This document shows positions 12,028 to 23,847 of a stretch of DNA of 64,000 nucleotides, piece by piece. The stretch lies in contig NW_027361928.1 in the NCBI RefSeq assembly GCF_039654945.1, positions 682,001 through 746,000 on the forward strand. Reading direction: 5' to 3'. Under the pieces are notes generated by a model. It saw only the letters and a list, made by a program, of their open reading frames with translations, ran no database searches and had not been told where the DNA came from. Numbering within the stretch: position 1 is the first letter of the stretch; every line of letters begins with the position of its first letter. A program made the position numbers and the translations under genes. Source of the stretch: Dendrobates tinctorius. Lineage: Eukaryota.

Positions 12028-12190
12028 GGCCGGGATCACACATGCAAGAAACTGCCACCGACACTCAGGAGTGGAGCGTGCGGCTCCATGTATTTCTATG
12101 TGGCAGCATGCTCCAGTCCGAGTGCCGGCGGCAGTGCCGGGTATTAAGATGTGAGACTCGTCCGAGCCTCTTGCATGTGTGACCCTGGCC
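12028..12190. mobile_element. PIF/Harbinger-type MITE
   Basis: TIRs ggccgggatcacacatgcaaga / tcttgcatgtgtgaccctggcc with TTA on both sides. Confidence 0.7.
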
Positions 12191-12264
12191 TTATACATAC
12201 TTCCAGCCCGTGGGCCTGGCCTTGCTCTCTATACACTCGTATGGAATGAGGCCGGGAGTAAATA

Positions 12265-12680
12265 CAGGGGCTTCTCACAAAATTAGATTATCATAGAAAA
12301 GTGAATTTGTTTCCGTTCTTCAATACAGACAGTGACTCTCCTCTATTCTATAGAGTCATTACACACAGAGTGATCTATGTCACGGGTTGATTTCTGGTAA
12401 TGTTGATGATTGTGGCTTACAGCCAATGAGAACCCAAAAGTCATTATCTCAGGAAATTAGAATACTTTATAACACCAGCCTGAAAAATGATTGTAAAATC
12501 TGAGATGTCGTCCTCCTGAAATGTCTGATCAGTAAATGTGCTCACTACTTGGTCAGGCTCCTCCTGCATCATTTCCTGTATTAATGCGGCGTGGCATGGA
12601 GGAGATCAGCCTGTGGCACTGCTGAGGGGTTATGGAAGCCCAGGTTGCTTTGATAGCCGCCTTCAGCTCGTCTGCATTGT
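12265..12680. mobile_element. Tc1/mariner remnant (one end)
   Basis: ta-caggggcttctcacaaaattagattatcat resembles a Tc1 terminus; degraded interior. Confidence 0.55.
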
Positions 12681-13465
12681 TAAGGCCTCGTCACACACAG
12701 TGACATCGCTGTGTGTGACGGGGATCAGCGACCGGCCCCCCGCCAGGTATCGCTGATCGCACTCGAACGTCCTGGGACGTTTTTTGATCGTTGGTCTCCC
12801 GCTGGCCAGCGCGCATCGCTACGTGTGACAGCGAGAGACCAACGATCAGCGACGCTGCACGCTGGTTTCCAATGTAAACAGCCGGTATCTAAGAGCTGCG
12901 CGGCTCTTAGATACCCACTGTTTACCTTGGAAACCAACTTGCTCGCTGGTCCTGATCACTGGTGGGTCTGCCTGTCTTCTGGCGCTGTCTATTGGTCATG
13001 AGTGGCTTGACACAAGGAATGCGCTCCATGTCATCCTCTGCCTCTCCACCACACTGCTGGGGATGAGAGCTGTCAATCACGCTCGGCTCTGCTCCGTGTT
13101 CTCTGCCCCTCCCCCACACTGACTGCTGGGGATGAGAGCTGTCAGTCACGCTCGGCTCTGCTCCATGTCATCCTCTGCCCCTCCCCCACACTGACTGCCG
13201 GGGATGAGAGCTGTCAGTCACGCTCGGCTCTGCTCCATGTCATCCTCTGCCCCTCCCCCAAACTGACTGCTGGGGATGAGAGCTGTCAGTCACGCTCGGC
13301 TCTGCTTCATGTCATCCTCTGCCTCTCCCCCACACTGACTGCCGGGGATGAGAGCTGTCAGTCACGCTCGGCTCTGCTCCATGTCATCCTCTGCCTCTCC
13401 CCCACACTGACTGCTGGGGATGAGAGCTGTCAGTCATGCTCAGCTCTTCTCCATGTAATCCTCTG

Positions 13466-14326
13466 TGTTGTGAGTTCATCCTCTGGTTCACCAGTTGTGA
13501 GTTCTCCTTCCAGACTCCCTCTGGTGGTAACAGGAGGTAGAGAGGCTGATTTGATCGGTGGAGATCTGCCACCTGAGAATGAGGATGACGATTGGATCTC
13601 AGGAGTCTCAGATTGGATTTGACAGCCGACGCCCTATTCAGTTGCTGGTGATTCCTACTGGCTTGTCAGGTCTTGGTTTTCAGCTCTGTTCCAGTCATCT
13701 AAAGCTAAGTTGTTCTGCTAATGTTCACACTTGATTTTGTTGGTCTATTTAGTTTTTTGGTGTGGTCAGCCAGCCCTGGCTGGGGGCTGTGCTGAATTTC
13801 CACTCTTATTTATCAGTATTTTGCCAATTGGCTTTTTGTCCCTTACTAGTTCAGTCTCTTTTTGCTCTGTCTCAGAATATTTCAGAGTGCTGATATAGTG
13901 GGAGAAGTCTAGTGACTTCAGGGTTAATTTTGCTATCAGAAGTGTTGGACATTATTTCTGTAGGGTTTTTTGCAGGTTGCAGACAGTATCTTTCCTTTCC
14001 GGTCTAGTTAGTTTGGGCCCCATCATTTGCTCAGCCTATTTTCCTGCCTGTGTTTGTGCCTTCATCTTTTTTCACCATCAATACATGTGTGGGGTCTATC
14101 TATTCCTTTGGGGTCTGCTCTGGGGCAGTTTTCCTTTTTCTTACTTTAGGCTTATTCAGTCCTCTGGCCGTGACGAGGCGTCTAGGAACATCGTAGGCAC
14201 GCTCCATGGCTACTGCTAGTTGTGTGGTAAGATCAGGGATCTGCAATTTGCATAGTTACCAACCTCTCTGGTTTTCTGTGACTTAGCTTGTTTTGCTTTT
14301 TTCTCCTCGGTGACCCATTCATAACA
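13466..14326. mobile_element. Solo LTR, copy 1 (861 bp)
   Basis: tgttgtga...tcataaca termini; flanked by cctctg on both sides. Confidence 0.8.
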
Positions 14327-14976
14327 CCTCTGCCCCTCCCACACACTGACTGCTGGGGATGAGAGCTGTCAGTCATGCTCAGCTCTGCTCCATGTCATCC
14401 TCTGCCTCTCCCCCACACTGCTGGGGATGAGAGCTGTCAGTCACGCTTGGCTCTGCTCCATGTCATCCTCTGCCCCTCCCCCACACTGACTGCTGGGGAT
14501 GAGAGCTGTCAGTCACGCTCGGCTCTGCTCCGTGTCATTCTCTGCCTCTTCCCCACACTGACTGCTGGGGATGAGAGCTTTCAGTCACGCTCGGCTCTGC
14601 TTCATGTCATCCTCTGCCTCTCCCCCACACTGACTGCCGGGGATGAGAGCTGTCAGTCACGCTCGGCTCTGCTCCATGTCATCCTCTGCCCCTCCCCCAC
14701 ACTGACTGCTGGGGATGAGAGCTGTCAGTCACGCTCGGCTCTGCTCCATGTCATCCTCTGCCCCTCCCCCAAACTGACTGCTGGGGATGAGAGCTGTCAG
14801 TCACGCTCGGCTCTGCTTCATGTCATCCTCTGCCTCTCCCCCACACTGACTGCCGGGGATGAGAGCTGTCAGTCACGCTCGGCTCTGCTCCATGTCATCC
14901 TCTGCCTCTCCCCCACACTGACTGCTGGGGATGAGAGCTGTCAGTCATGCTCAGCTCTTCTCCATGTAATCCTCTG

Positions 14977-15837
14977 TGTTGTGAGTTCATCCTCTGGTTC
15001 ACCAGTTGTGAGTTCTCCTTCCAGACTCCCTCTGGTGGTAACAGGAGGTAGAGAGGCTGATTTGATCAGTGGAGATCTGCCACCTGAGAATGAGGATGAC
15101 GATTGGATCTCAGGAGTCTCAGATTGGATTTGACAGCCGACGCCCTATTCAGTTGCTGGTGATTCCTTCTGGCTTGTCAGCTCTTGTTTTTCAGCTCTGT
15201 TCCAGTCATCTAAAGCTAAGTTGTTCTGCTAATGTTCACACTTGATTTTGTTGGTCTATTTAGTTTTTTGGTGTGGTCAGCCAGCCCTGGCTGGGGGCTG
15301 TGCTGAATTTCCACTCTTATTTATCAGTATTTTGCCAATTGGCTTTTTGTCCCTTACTAGTTCAGTCTCTTTTTGCTCTGTCTCAGAATATTTCAGAGTG
15401 CTGATATAGTGGGAGAAGTCTAGTGACTTCAGGGTTAATTTTGCTATCAGAAGTGTTGGACATTATTTCTGTAGGGTTTTTTGCAGGTTGCAGACAGTAT
15501 CTTTCCTTTCCGGTCTAGTTAGTTTGGGCCCCATCATTTGCTCAGCCTATTTTCCTGCCTGTGTTTGTGCCTTCATCTTTTTTCACCATCAATACATGTG
15601 TGGGGTCTATCTATTCCTTTGGGGTCTGCTCTGGGGCAGTTTTCCCTTTTCTTACTTTAGGCTTATTCAGTCCTCCGGCCGTGACGAGGCGTCTAGGAAC
15701 ATCGTAGGCACGCTCCATGGCTACTGCTAGTTGTGTGGTAAGATCAGGGATCTGCAATCTGCATAGTTACCAACCTCTCTGGTTTTCTGTGACTTAGCTT
15801 GTTTTGCTTTTTTCTCCTCGGTGACCCATTCATAACA
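14977..15837. mobile_element. Solo LTR, copy 2 (861 bp)
   Basis: ~99% identical to 13466-14326 with the same cctctg flanks, offset 1511 bp. Confidence 0.8.
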
Positions 15838-18800
15838 CCTCTGCCCCTCCCACACACTGACTGCTGGGGATGAGAGCTGTCAGTCATGCTCAGCTCTGCT
15901 CCATGTCATCCTCTGCCTCTCCCCCACACTGCTGGGGATGAGAGCTGTCAGTCACGCTTGGCTCTGCTCCATGTCATCCTCTGCCCCTCCCCCACACTGA
16001 CTGCTGGGGATGAGAGCTGTCAGTCACGCTCGGCTCTGCTCCGTGTCATTCTCTGCCTCTTCCCCACACTGACTGCTGGGGATGAGAGCTGTCAGTCATG
16101 CTCGGCTCTGCTCCGTGTCATTCTCTGCCTCTTCCCCACACTGATTGCTGGGGATGAGAGCTGTCAGTCATGCTCGGCTCTGCTCCATGTCATCCTCTGC
16201 CTCTCCCCCACACTGACTGCTGGGGATGAGAGCTGTCAGTCATGCTCGGCTCTGCTCCGTGTCATCCTCTGCCTCTCCCCCACACTGACTGCTGGGGATG
16301 AGAGCTGTCAGTCATGCTCGGCTCTGCTCCGTGTCATCCTCTGCCTCTCCCCCACACTGACTGCTGGGGATGAGAGCTGTCAGTCATGCTCGGCTCTGCT
16401 CCGTGTCATCCTCTGCCTCTCCCCCACACTGACTGCTGGGGATGAGAGCTGTCAGTCATGCTCGGCTCTGCTCCGTGTCATCCTCTGCCTCTCCCCCACA
16501 CTGACTGCTGGGGATGAGAGCTGTCAGTCATGCTCGGCTCTGCTCCATGTCATCCTCTGCCCCTTTCCCCACACTGACTGCTGGGGATGAGAGCTGTCAG
16601 TCACGCTCGGCTCTGCTCCGTGTCATTCTCTGCCTCTTCCCCACACTGATTGCTGGGGATGAGAGCTGTCAGTCACGCTCGGCTCTGCTCCATGTCATCC
16701 TCTGCCTCCCCCACACTGACTGCTGGGGATGAGAGCTGTCAGTCATGCTCAGCTCTGCTCCGTGTCATCCTCTGCCTCTCCCCACACAGACTGCTGGGGA
16801 TGAGAGCTGTCAGTCATGCTCGGCTCTGCTCCATGTCATCCTCTGCCCCTTTCCCCACACTGACTGCTGGGGATGAGAGCTGTCAGTCACGCTCGGCTCT
16901 GCTCCGTGTCATTCTCTGCCTCTTCCCCACACTGATTGCTGGGGATGAGAGCTGTCAGTCATGCTCGGCTCTGCTCCATGTCATCCTCTGCCTCTCCCCC
17001 ACACTGACTGCTGGGGATGAGAGCCGTCAGTCATGCTCAGCTCTGCTCCGTGTCATCCTCTGCCTCTCCCCACACAGACTGCTGGGGATGAGAGCTGTCA
17101 GTCACGCTCGGCTCTGCTCCATTACATCCTCTGCCCCTCCCCCACACTGATTGCTGGGGATGAGAGCTGTCAGTCATGCTCGGCTCTGCTCCGTGTCATC
17201 CTCTGCCTCTCCCCCACACTGATTGCTGGGGATGAGAGCTGTCAGTCACGCTCGGCTCTGCTCCGTGTCATCCTCTGCCTCTCCCCCACACTGACTGCTG
17301 GGGATGAGAGCTGTCAGTCACGCTCGGCTCTGCTCCGTGTCATTCTCTGCCTCTTCCCCACACTGATTGCTGGGGATGAGAGCTGTCAGTCATGCTCGGC
17401 TCTGCTCCATGTCATCCTCTGCCTCTCCCCCACATTGACTGCTGGGGATGAGAGCTGTCAGTCATGCTCAGCTCTGCTCCGTGTCATACTCTGCCTCTCC
17501 CCACACAGACTGCTGGGGATGAGAGCTGTCAGTCACGCTCGGCTCTGCTCCATTACATCCTCTTCCCCTCCCCCACACTGATTGCTGGGGATGAGAGCTG
17601 TCAGTCATGCTCGGCTCTGCTCCGTGTCATCCTCTGCCTCTCCCCCACACTGCTGGGGATGAGAGCTGTCAGTCACGCTCGGCTCTGCTCCATTACATCC
17701 TCTGCCCCTCCCCCACATTGATTGCTGGGGATGAGAGCTGTCAGTCATGCTCGGCTCTGCTCCGTGTCATTCTCTGCCTCTCCCTCACACTGATTGCTGG
17801 GGATGAGAGCTGTCAGTCATGCTCGGCTCTGCTCCGTGTCATCCTCTGCCTCTCCCTCACACTGATTGCTGGGGATGAGAGCTGTCAGTCATGCTCGGCT
17901 CTGCTCCGTGTCATCCTCTGCCCCTCCCCCACACTGATTGCTGGGGATGAGAGCTGTCAGTCATGCTCGGCTCTGCTCCGTGTCATCCTCTGCCTCTCCC
18001 CCACACTGATTGCTGGGGATGAGAGCTGTCAGTCACGCTTGGCTCTGCTCCGTGTCATCCTCTGCCTCTCCCCCACACTGATTGCTGGGGATGAGAGCTG
18101 TCAGTCATGCTTGGCTCTGCTCCGTGTCATCCTCTGCCTCTCCCCCACACTGATTGCTGGGGATGAGAGCTGTCAGTCATGCTCGGCTCTGCTCCGTGTC
18201 ATCCTCTGCCTCTCCCCCACACTGATTGCTGGGGATGAGAGCTGTCAGTCACGCTCGGCTCTGCTCCGTGTCATTCTCTGTCTCTCCCCCACACTGATTG
18301 CTGGGGATGAGAGCTGTCAGTCATGCTTGGTTCTGCTCCGTGTCATTCTCTGCCTCTTCCCCACACTGATTGCTGGGGATGAGAGCTGTCAGTCACGCTC
18401 GGCTCTGCTCCGTGTCATCCTCTGCCCCTCCCCCACACTGATTGCTGGGGATGAGAGCTGTCAGTCACGCTCGGCTCTGCTCCGTGTCATTCTCTGCCTC
18501 TCCCCCACACTGATTGCTGGGGATGAGAGCTGTCAGTCATGCTCGGCTCTGCTCCGTGTCATTCTCTGCCTCTTCCCCACACTGATTGCTGGGGATGAGA
18601 GCTGTCAGTCACGCTCGGCTCTGCTCCGTGTCATCCTCTGCCCCTCCCCCACACTGATTGCTGGGGATGAGAGCTGTCAGTCACGCTCGGCTCTGCTCCG
18701 TGTCATTCTCTGCCTCTCCCCCACACTGATTGCTGGGGATGAGAGCTGTCAGTCATGCTTGGCTCTGCTCCGTGTCATTCTCTGCCTCTTCCCCACACTG

Positions 18801-19727
18801 ATTGCTGGGGATGAGAGCTGTCAGTCATGCTTGGCTCTGCTCCGTGTCATTCTCTGCCTCTCCCCCACACTGATTGCTGGGGATGAGAGCTGTCAGTCAT
18901 GCTTGGCTCTGCTCCGTGTCATTCTCTGTCTCTTCCCCACACTGATTGCTGGGGATGAGAGCTGTCAGTCATGCTTGGCTCTGCTCCGTGTCATTCTCTG
19001 CCTCTCCCCCACACTGATTGCTGGGGATGAGAGCTGTCAGTCATGCTTGGCTCTGCTCCGTGTCATTCTCTGCCTCTTCCCCACACTGATTGCTGGGGAT
19101 GAGAGCTGTCAGTCACGCTCGGCTCTGCTCCGTGTCATCCTTCCCTCCTCCACACTGATTGCTGGGGACAAGAGTTGTCAGTGTGAGAGCAGGAGTTATA
19201 TTTATCTATCCTGACTCTTTTGTGGATATTCTACATATATTCTTTCTTTCCTGCTTTACATGATGGAGTCTATGATCAGTTAAGGGTCTCAGGAATGTCT
19301 TTGTGGTGGAAAGTAGGATCGATGAAACCTTAGGCAAGCACAATGCTAATGCCAGCACATATAGAGATAAGATGAGTCAATTATATAGTTACAATCCATG
19401 AATACTAATAACCTGTCACGATTCTGTTGTCGGATGTCCTGAGACCAGGGGCTCCTTCCCTGTTCCTCACGCGAGGGGTGTCCTAGCTTGCCCGTTCTCT
19501 GGATTACTTCTGATGGTGAAGACGCCGGACCACATACCTTACCTTATGTCCTGAATCCACCCTCACTTTGTACCTTTCTCCAACCCAGGGAAGAGGAGAG
19601 TAGTAGTGTACCGTAATACACCAAACACACTAACAAGGTAATACGAACAGGAAAAACGGAAAATACCAAACATACTAATGTACTCACACCTAACAGAGGA
19701 ATGCAGCGCGGAATGGAGGACAGGAAA

Positions 19728-19973
19728 ATCATAGAATCATAGAATGGTAGAGTTGGAAGGGACCTCCAGGGCGATCTGGTCCAACCCCCTGCTCAAAGCA
19801 GGATTCACTAAATCATCCCAGTTAGATGTCTGTCCAGCCTCTGTTTGAAGACTTCCATTGAAGGAGAACTCACCACTTCTCGTGGCAGCCTGTTCCACTC
19901 ATTGATCACTCTAACTGTCAAAAGGTTTTTTTCTAATATCTAATCTGTGTCCCCTCCCATTCAGTTTCATCCC
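19728..19973 (-). mobile_element. Short CR1 3' fragment
   Basis: (ATTCTATG)n tail seen as atcatagaatcatagaat; near-identical to 1680-1905. Confidence 0.9.
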
Positions 19974-20231
19974 AAAGTAAGAGAAGAAGGGATTTATCAA
20001 ACACTCAAATCCTAGCAACAGTCACAGATAAATCCACCAAACACCTCCAATAACAACGTCCAACAACCTCCAGCCAAGCAGCATAAGCCCTCTCTGACAA
20101 TGAGTGCTAGCTAGGGCCCAGGTAATATAGGAGATGGGAGGGGCTAAGCATGAACAGCTGAGAGCCTTAATGCAGGAAAGCTTCCAGGATGGATTAACCT
20201 CTACACTGCTAAAAGAAACCTGCACTATTTA

Positions 20232-20568
20232 GGGTATGTGCACACAGTGCGGAATTTTCTGCGTGGAATCTACATATTTTGGCAGAATCTTCAGGAGAAA
20301 ATCCAGGCGTTTTTTATGTGGCTTTCCTTCGGATATCTAGCGGATTTTGTGTGGATTTGCCCTGTTTTTGCACCTTCGGATTCCTGTAATGGAATGAGTG
20401 TGCAGATTCCGCAGCGTTTTTACAAAGAACTGACATGCTGTGGAAAATAAACTGCGTTTCCGCGCTGATTTTTCCGCTCAATGTGCACAGCGGTTTTCCC
20501 CATTGAATAACATTGTACTGAAAATCACTCGGAAATCTGCAGCGGATCCGCAGCGTGTGCACATACCC
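20232..20568. mobile_element. PIF/Harbinger-type MITE
   Basis: TIRs gggtatgtgcacac / gtgtgcacataccc; internal ccgc/gcgg motifs. Confidence 0.7.
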
Positions 20569-21804
20569 CTGATATGAAGGTAAAGTGCTTGTAATCAGCG
20601 CAGGAGTAGGATAAATCAAACGCTGTGGTCTTCTGGCTCCTCCCTGTCGCTGTGAACCCATTATATAACCTATGTGAGATGATGTTATAAGGTAATAAAG
20701 AGAGATCTGCTTCGATGCTCAGTGTATCAGCGTGGCTCCTCCGTGCACACATTTGAATTTTACATTTTAATTTGGAGCAGACACATGTCTGAACATCCCA
20801 CATTATGTGGCGACAACAAAACCGGGCACAACGAACAGGGACCTGCTAGTTCAAAGAACTGCTTGATCCAGGCGTTTTGCTGTGCCTAGGCAGAAAGAGA
20901 AATCAAAGCTGCAGCAGCAGGTAGGCAGCGTTTTTCTTTCACTCTTTCTCTCTTGGTTCCAGTGTGTTTGGGTCGGCAGATCACTTGATCTGTTCATAGT
21001 AAGTGGGTCCATTATAGTTAGACAATGAGCCCTGATGAGCCCTCGTGTACGGGGCTGAGTTCCTACATCGTATGGGGGGGGGCGCCTTTGGCATTTCCCT
21101 GGTCACCTGTATGTGGGGTTGGATGCTCACTTCCACCCTTGATTAGGTGATTGTACCCGGTGGAGCCGACGTTGGTGGTTGTCGGCAGGAGCCTCTTGCA
21201 TTGCTAAGGAAACCCAATAGGGTCCGGCGCCTAGACGTAGGGCGGATGGTTTCCATCTGATTATATATGTCAGGCCGGGAGTGGCAGCGTGCGTCCCCGC
21301 TGCTTCGCCTCGCTACTCCTGTACTTCTGTTTCCACGGAGACAGACGATGGGTGATCGGTAAGGATGCTGGAGCACGGCAGAGGTGCTGATAAAAAATGG
21401 TGAAACCGAAAAGAAAGAAATGTGTGCAGAAAATGCCGAGGAATTGTTCAGTGTTTCTGATGAGAGATGGTGGAGACACCGCCAATTACAGGTGAAGGAA
21501 GCAAAACCGGGGAGGATAAGACACCAAGATGGCGCTGATGGCCTGCCGCTCCCAGCCTGTCTGCGCCACATAGAAACTGATAACCCTCCTACTCATAGTG
21601 TGGCCCCCCGGCCAGGGCCCCAAGTGCTACACCCCCATAAGTCTCAGCCATGCCCCCAATCAACATCATGCCTGCACTGGACTGCACCAGCGCCCCCTCC
21701 AGACCTGCCCTGACACAACCCGCATGGATGCAGCAGCTATGTCAGCCTTCTGCTGCCACCTGAGACTCACTAGGACAATTACCCAGTCAGGGCGAGAAGC
21801 CCAC

Positions 21805-22470
21805 CACACCCCCCTGCTGCTCCCCCAACTAACCCCCCTGCTGCTCCCCCAACTAACCCCCCTGCTGCTCCCCCAACTAACCCCCCTGCTGCTCCAACTA
21901 ACCCCCCTGCTGCTCCCCCACCACACCCCCCTGCTGCTCCCCCAACTAACCCCCCTGCTGCTCCCCCAACTAACCCCCCTGCTGCTCCAACTAACCCCCT
22001 GCTGCTCCTCCACCTCACCCCCCTGCTGCTCCAACTAACCCCCTGCTGCTCCTCCACCTCACCCCCCTGCCGCTCCCCCACCTCACCCCCCTGCTGCTCC
22101 TCCACCTCACCCCCCCGCTGCTCCCCCACCCCCCCCCGCTGCTCCCTGACCTCACCCCCCCACTGTTCCCCCACCTCACCCCCCCACTGCTCCCCCACCC
22201 CCCCCGCTGCTCCCTGACCTCACCCCCCCACTGCTCCCTGACCTCACCCCCCCGCTGCTCCCTGACCTCACCCCCCTGCTGCTCCCTGACCTCACCCCCC
22301 CGCTGCTCCCTGACCTCACCCCCCCGCTGCTCCCTGACCTCACCCCCCCGCTGCTCCCTGACCTCACCCCCCTGCTGCTCCCTGACCTCACCCCCCTGCT
22401 GCTCCCTGACCTCACCCCCCCACTGCTCCCTGACCTCACCCCCCCACTGCTCCCTGACCTCACCCCCCCA
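21805..22470. repeat. C-rich 24-27 bp minisatellite
   Basis: Units cccctgctgctcccccaactaacc grading into ctgctccctgacctcacccccc. Confidence 0.9.
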
Positions 22471-22594
22471 GTGTAGGCGATACGGTTGAGCCCCAGGAGG
22501 GTGTGTGGGGACCCCGGGATCCCAGTGTAAGGGGTAACGTTTCTCCTCGTGGAGAGTGAACCCCGCTTCTTACATTATGACGTGTCCCCTCTTT

Positions 22595-22750
22595 CCTCAT
22601 AGACTGTAAGCTTGCGAGCAGGGCCCTCACTCCTCTTGGTATCTGTTATGATCTATGTGATTATTGTTATGCTGTAATGTCTATTGTCTGTACAAATCCC
22701 CTCTGAAATGTAAAGTGCTGCGGAATATGTCAGCGCTATAGAAATACAAT
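22595..22750 (+). mobile_element. L2 3'-end fragment / L2-tailed SINE
   Basis: tagactgtaagcttgcgagcagggccctc...tgtaaagtgctgcggaatatgtcagcgctata. Confidence 0.65.
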
Positions 22751-23149
22751 GTGTTATCAGAGTGACACACCGGCTCCATCAGGCCCGGCGCAGGCTGAGA
22801 GAGGAGGCCATGTGCTGACTACATGTCCCTCAGTCACAAACACATTGTATCTCAACGATGGAGCAAAGAAAATAAAATAAAACCGTCCCGCACGATCGCC
22901 CTGCTACAAAGAATGGGAAAACCGATGAAAGGGCAGTGAGGGAGCAGCAACCACCACCGGGACCCGACACACAAGGGAGAAGCAGCGGATCCGAACCGAG
23001 GAGACCAAAAATGGCGCCAAAGGGGTGAGGAAGACGTCCCCGCTGCGGCCACAAGGGGGAGCCAACACTCCGCTCACACAAGAGAGGCGAGGAGGACTCG
23101 GGCCGGACTGTGCCTCACATTCACCAGCAGGGGGAGAACGCGCAACTCA

Positions 23150-23410
23150 CATCCGGCAGACTTCGTCTGCAGCCAATCAAAAGCCACAACTTTGATCACC
23201 TGACTGTGATCTGTCGGCAAACGGCAGCGATGCGCTGGGCGGAGTCACAGGACTGTGAGTGACACAGGACTCAGCCAATAGGAACCAGACTGAGACTCGC
23301 AGATTTCACACATTCCTCTGATTGGTGACGACACTAAGGTGGGCGTGTCCGGCGTTGCCATGACAACGAGTGGCTGAGCCGCCTCTTTCCCGGCTGGTCG
23401 CCATCTTGTT
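23150..23410 (+). promoter_or_regulatory. Putative IP6K1 CpG-island promoter
   Basis: CCAAT boxes (~23173, ~23275, reverse ~23321), GC box gggcgtgtcc, RFX X-box gttgccatgacaac, YY1 cgccatctt. Confidence 0.7.
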
Positions 23411-23502
23411 GTTGATTTGAACAGGTCCGGAGCGGGTGAGAGGAGCCGGGTCTGAAAGCAGACACCCGCGGGCGGCCGACCCCCGACCGGCGGCGGAGAC
23501 AG
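23380..23502 (+). other. IP6K1: Putative IP6K1 non-coding exon 1 (start approximate)
   Basis: Downstream of promoter motifs; strong donor cag|gtgagg after 23502. Confidence 0.55.
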
Positions 23503-23847
23503 GTGAGGGGAGTGCCGGGAGGGGCGGAGCGGCGGGAGCCGGGGTCATGCGAAGATCACGGGGCGACACCACCACAGGGGGCGCCAGCGAGCAGGAAGAA
23601 GGGCGGGGCAAGGGAGGAGCCAGGGCGAAGGGGCAGAGAGTGGGCGGGGCTTCATGTGCCGCAGTGTGGGAGGGGCTATGTACAGCACCTCCTAGGGGCG
23701 GGGCTCCAGGTGTGTGGGAGGGGCTGCAAGGTTCTGCTGTGATTGGCTGCACCTGTTCTCGGGATCCTGTGATGTGCGGAGTGATCTGATTGGATGAAGC
23801 CGGTGTGACGTCATCAGGTGGGAGGAGTCACGTGGCCCTCAGAGCGG

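Larger units (their letters stand above)
13020..19182. repeat. 72-bp satellite array interrupted by two LTR copies
   Basis: Unit ctgctggggatgagagctgtcagtca(c/t)gctcggctctgctccgtgtcatcctctgcctctcccccacactga; 24-aa periodicity in ORF track. Confidence 0.96.
19414..20660. mobile_element. Degraded LTR-like element hosting CR1 and MITE insertions
   Basis: Begins tgtcacg; composition resembles amphibian Gypsy LTRs; right boundary uncertain. Confidence 0.45.

Noticed and set aside
13466-15837. TRIM or non-autonomous LTR element with satellite interior
   Set aside because: Both LTRs carry the same duplication on both sides and no PBS/PPT is evident; tandem duplication explains it
10033-19214. Long repetitive ORFs and CRISPR-like periodicity
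   Set aside because: Head-to-tail 30- and 72-bp repeats with no unique spacers or cas genes; open frames follow from 3n unit length in eukaryotic DNA
21805-22050. Interstitial telomeric repeat
   Set aside because: ctaacccc occurs once per 24-bp unit; no (CCCTAA)n run
22800-23100. Telomerase RNA or H/ACA RNA on the minus strand
   Set aside because: No CTAACCC template or recognisable conserved regions; only a chance ACA motif
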